In this document: positions 58,744 to 64,000 of the stretch, in pieces
Position numbering within the stretch: the first letter of the stretch is position 1
Layout of the letters: every line of letters starts with the position of its first letter
Program-made: the position numbers and the translations under genes
Notes under the pieces: generated by a model
What the model saw: the letters and a program-made list of their open reading frames with translations, nothing else
Told to the model about the DNA's origin: nothing
Databases searched by the model: none
From: Octopus vulgaris
Taxonomy: Eukaryota
Direction: 5' to 3'
Length of the DNA stretch: 64,000 bases
Assembly (NCBI GenBank): GCA_951406725.2
Contig: OX597819.1
Location: 17,670,001 to 17,734,000 of the forward strand

Positions 58744-58899
58744 GGTGCAGGAGTGGCTGTGTGGTAAGAAACTTGCTTACCAAACACATGGTTCTGGGTT
58801 CAATCCCACTGCGTGGCACCTTGGGCAAGTGTCTTCTACTATAGCCGACTAAAGCGTTGTGAATGGAATTGGTAAATGGAAACTGAAAGAAGCCCGTCG

Positions 58900-58900
<1 letters not shown>
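58744..58900 (+). mobile_element. SINE family B, 5' half
   Basis: Matches 24343-24506; ends in (TA)n. Confidence 0.9.
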
Positions 58901-58974
<74 letters not shown>

Positions 58975-59848
58975 TAGCTTACGGTGACACGCTCTACTCG
59001 CAGGTAAGAGTGTGGCAGTTACTTTCTGTTGTTTATCACCACATTCTCCCTCTTTGTTTCTCTCTCCTTTCTCTCTCACTTTCTCACTCTTTTACTCTTC
59101 CTTTCTCTCGGACACTCCCTCGCTTTCTCTTACTCTCTATCTTTCTCTATCTATCTATCTATCTCCGATTTATAAACAACAAAAGATTTTGAGTAAGTTG
59201 AGAAAGGAAATATTTTGAAAGATCAATCATCAATATCAGGCAGTGACAACGGAAAGGTCTGCTTCAAGGCAGACAGCAAAGCACTAACATTTAAAAGGGA
59301 TAGACGTACTTGGGAACTGAATAAAAATATTGGAAACCAAAGTTTGAAGGAATAGAATCTGAAGATAGTAGAGTCACCATGGCTGGCATTTCTTAACGAC
59401 GGACAACAACGTAGTGGCAGTTTAACGGCTGGCGTAAAATTTTGAACTTGATGTAAAAGAAAATTCCTAAACACCAAGTTTTGAAGTGATTCTTTCTCAC
59501 GACAGTAGACTCACCATGGCAAGCATTCAAAACTTCTTCATGGACGGAAACACATTAAAGATTTAAAGCCTGGCACAAATTTTTTAGCTTGATGTAACAG
59601 AGAGTTCCTAAACACCCGCTCCTGTGAATTTGAATCCCCTTCCAGCCTCGTTTAGAAACCTTTTCACATTTTGGTCGATATAACCCGATTTCATTCGGGT
59701 CTAGTCGGGCCACATTTTATAAGATGAGGCAGTTTGTCCTAGAGGTCACGCCTTTCATTGGAGGAAAAAAATAGTTGCCATGCAAACTTGCCAGCACTTT
59801 TAACATAGGTGTGCATATTTTCAACTCAACCGACTACACAATGCACAC

Positions 59849-59916
<68 letters not shown>

Positions 59917-59982
59917 TATATACGCATTATATATATATGCGTGTGTGTGTGTGCATTATATATGTGTACATTATATAAACAA

Positions 59983-60019
<37 letters not shown>

Positions 60020-60559
60020 CAGATATATACACTTTGTATTATATATACATTATATGTACATATTTATATATAGAACACACACACACACACACACATAAAT
60101 TAACCCAATAAATAGATTGTGTGGAGGTGGTGGTGATAATAATTCTCTCTATGAATGCAGACAGACGTAGAGAGAAAGAGAGAGAGAATATGTGGCAGAA
60201 AGAGTGGCGAAGGCGACGGTGGAAAGATAGTAGACACTGTCAAACGACGTTATAGAGAGAAATTGAAAGGAAGGTAGGAAAGAGAGAGATGGAGGAAGAC
60301 AGGCAGATAAGAGAATGAGAGAAGACTTGTCAAAGTGTGTGTTTTTTGCCCTAGTAACCACACCTTTTAAGATAGGGATTTCTAACCTAGCCCACTCACA
60401 TCCTCACCTCATTTTACATGTCTCTGTATATTTTGGAGTCAATCCGACGGGATCTAGTGCCCTTTAACCTGTTCCAATGCTAAAACCAGACAAACAAACT
60501 TTTCGTATTTCAGATTTATATTTATTGATGTGTGTGTGTGTGCGCGCGCATGCGTGTCT

Positions 60560-60760
60560 GTGTGTGTGCCTATGGTTGTACCCCAACAATCGCTTGACAA
60601 CCGGTGTTCACGATCCCGCAACTGAACGGTTCAGCAAAAGAATCGATAGAATAAGTACTAGGCTTACAAAGAATAAGTCCTGAGGTTGATTTGTTTGACG
60701 AAAGGCGTTGCTCCTGCATGGCCGCCGTCTGATGACTGAAACAAGTAAAAGAATAAAAGA
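60560..60760 (+). mobile_element. SINE family B, 3' half
   Basis: cgatagaataagtactaggcttacaaagaataagtcc...gactgaaacaagtaaaaga. Confidence 0.85.
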
Positions 60761-60829
60761 ATATCGACTTGAGGATTGTATTGCTTCTTCATTTCATTGA
60801 CCACTAAACGATGAAAAAGTAACAACAAA

Positions 60830-61625
60830 ACTATCCTTGGTGTGATTTGAACTCAGGCCATAAAGATCCACAATAAACATGGCATCTTGCCCGATGTTGT
60901 AACGAATCGACCAGCGCAATCCTTCAACTATTTCATTGCTAATGATTTCCAATTTTGGCACAAGGCTGCGAGTTAAGTCAGAGTATTGGCTGGTACTTTT
61001 TTCTATCAACCGTGAAAAGAGCAACGACGATGTTAACCTCGGTATAATTTGAACTCAGAACCTCAATGGTCGGAAATATTAGTGTTTTCTTCGGGTGCAC
61101 TAACGATTCTATAAGTTCGCAGCGTTTGAAAAGAAGAGTTAAAAAAAAAAAGGAGCTAATTATATTGATAATGGTCTCTGATTTTGACAATGGGATAATA
61201 GTTTTGAGAAAAATGCTAAGTCAATACTATCAGACAATATATTTGACTGGGACTTTATCGACTCTGAAAAGATACAAGGCTAAGTTTACCTTGACGAGGT
61301 CTCAAGTGTGAAAGTAAAAAGTCGGATGAAATATCGCTAAGCATTCTGTCCGGTGCGATGACAATTCTGCCAGCTCATTCGCCTTCGTGATCATATTAAT
61401 AATAGTTTCAAATTTTAGCAGAAGGACGGAAAATTAGAGGGGAGGGGGAGTCGATCAGATCAGCTCAGCCCCAGTGCTCAACCTTGCTTATTTCATCGAC
61501 CCCGGGAAGATGAAACGCAACGTCGACAACGGCGTCATCTGAACTTAGAACACAAAGAGCGGGAGGAAACATCGCTACGTATCTTGTGCGGCGTGCTAAC
61601 GACTCTGCCAGCTCCCGGCCTTAGA
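60830..61625 (-). mobile_element. cluster of about four degenerate SINE family A-like copies
   Basis: Recurrent tgaactca/tgaacttag and aacgattct/aacgactctgccagctc blocks near 60845, 61050, 61360, 61600. Confidence 0.65.
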
Positions 61626-63249
61626 TAATTATATTAATAACGAAATTAATAGTGGACAGATTTCGCTTCCAATGTAATAATATAATTGTATAGATTTAAA
61701 TAAAGTACGCAAATGACCATTTTCAAGATGAAGCTCATCTGACTCCCCTATAATCCATTATCCCTTCCTAATCCTATAATGCTATTTTGTAAGACATATT
61801 TAATAGATGTTTTATAAAGGGATTAAAGTATTAAATATAGACCTACGAGGGATGACATATACACGCATATCCACACATTCACATTTCTACTCGTTTCTTA
61901 AATATTTCTCCCATTCACACTCTTTCACTTTCCTTCCTTCTTTCTTTTTCTCTGTCTCTCTGTCTCTCTTTATATATATATGTGTGTGGGGGGATATAGG
62001 TTGTGTAAATGAATATGCATACATACTTACACGAATCCACCCACGCATTTAATCACCCACATATGCAATATATTACTAACAAATACATACAGAACGACAC
62101 GGATGTATACATATATACACCTACATTCATAGACGCACACAGACATACATCCATATCCCAAATGTTTTTTTACAATTTGTTTACTTCAACATAAACCTCC
62201 ATAAAATATATCCTGAACAAACACATGAATATTTAAAGGTGTTTTCAAGATGTTTACCTTATTTCGTGTTTTAATTTCCACAATAAACTCAATTCATTTA
62301 GTTAAGATAAGAAAACTATTCTTCGTCACTCTTTACGTATGAACCGTTTTAAGTTTATTCTGAAATCTGTTATACGCATGCTTATAGAATAACAAATTCA
62401 TAGCAAGTATGGCGTATATATGCATAGATATAAAGATATACACATCTGCACACATACATATATGTATTAAAAATATTGTGCTACCATCAAGCAACAATGT
62501 TTAAAAAATAGCAAAACATATGTGCCAAAATCCACAGACAATCTTTGCCGTTAATTCTGTCGTTTAGAATATCTTAAGAGTAAGAATAATTCCATGATAT
62601 AACTGTAGAAATCCCCTCAGATCCACAGTCATGCTTCAAGATAAGGGCAAAACACTCAGTCTGAAAGCTTCTTTCGGTTGTCTCCAGGCATAAACTGTCC
62701 CAAAGGGAAGTAACATGGTGAATCAGAAAAGATTAAATTGTTCCATGGAACCGTTAGCCACTTTTGATAGTCCAGACACCATTTCCCCCCACTTATCAAT
62801 GATTATGGGTTACAAAACAAGTTTAAAGATGTCTCTTTCAATCTGGAATAACAAAAGGTGGCAAGTCAGCTTATTACATTTATTTTCGTGACATACGAAA
62901 ATTACAATAATCCAGAACAGTTCATACTGCCTTTCCTTAAAAAATCTCAAACCGGCTGCAATGCACATCGTATGCCTGTTATAAATATAATCATACTGTT
63001 TTATATAATCCTTTTTAGGAACTGTGAACCTCGAAACATATAAAGATATGAATATTGCGTCTAAATATTGAGTAAAAAAAACACCGTTTGGAAAGAAACA
63101 GTCGAAGGTTTTCGAAAAGGATTTTAAGCAAAAATGTACATGTTGTTCAGTTAGCGAATTTCGATCATAATTTCGAATTTCGAAGCCTCTAAATTCACCG
63201 TTCCTAAAATGAATTCAGGTTCTCGAAGTTTCTAAACTTCTGTGGCATC

Positions 63250-63327
<78 letters not shown>

Positions 63328-63635
63328 ATACATGTACGACATAATATTTCATGCATTCCACACAAGAGTAATAGGCGTTCACTGTTACATCTAAAAATCA
63401 TATATGAATGCTACGATACCAAGAATTCACAAATATATATACACACTCATGCGTACATTCATAGATACATACAGACATTCATACATACATTAATACACGC
63501 ATGTATACATCCATGCATACATTCATACATACAAACACATACATTCTTACATACAATACTAAGTAGTCACATACACCCACCCACATACATACATACACAC
63601 ATACATATATACACACATACATACATATATACATA

Positions 63636-63802
63636 GGTGCAGAAGTGACTGTGTGGTAAGTACTTTGCTTACTAACCACAATGTTCCGGGTTCAGTCCCA
63701 CTGCATAGCATCGTGAGCAAGTGTCTTCTATTATAGCCTCGCGCCGACCAAAGCCTTTTGAGTGGATTTGATAGACAGAAACGGAAAGAAGCCCGTCGTA
63801 TA
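63636..63802 (+). mobile_element. SINE family B, 5' half
   Basis: Matches 24343-24510. Confidence 0.9.
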
Positions 63803-63858
63803 TATGTTTTTTTTTTGCTTGTTTTAGCTCAGAGCTGCGGCCATGCTGATGCACCGCC

Positions 63859-63905
<47 letters not shown>

Positions 63906-64000
63906 ATAATTATTTTTTGAAGGAATATAAATCCAAACTTACAGGGAAAAAATTCAATTTAGAAATACTAAATCAAATTTCACACAATATATATATATAT

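Noticed and set aside
58973-59020. Possible Helitron-like terminus (tactagc...)
   Set aside because: No matching other end or diagnostic hairpin identified.

Overview
AT-rich eukaryotic (animal) DNA saturated with microsatellites ((TA)n, (TAA)n, (CA)n, (GA)n, (CATA)n, (GAA)n, (GAT)n). The repeat content suggests an octopus/coleoid cephalopod intron or intergenic region; this is an inference. No host exon, rRNA, real tRNA or CRISPR array can be supported, and nearly all listed ORFs are microsatellite artefacts. Recognisable content: (1) a young 5'-truncated R4/Dong-type (RT + restriction-like endonuclease) LINE at 21867-23918 between (TAA)n tracts, plus fragments of several related TAA-associated families; (2) an RTE-type LINE 3' end with an 11-bp TSD; (3) at least five SINE families; (4) Penelope-like, mariner, pogo and CR1-like relics and MITEs. 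The most notable signal is non-coding RNA structure. There are seven type-I hammerhead-ribozyme-like motifs in four unrelated small repeats, including two fold-back elements and a composite with a tRNA-like head and a hammerhead tail. A separate, unassigned two-hairpin RNA motif occurs five times with compensatory changes. All structures were read by eye and are untested.
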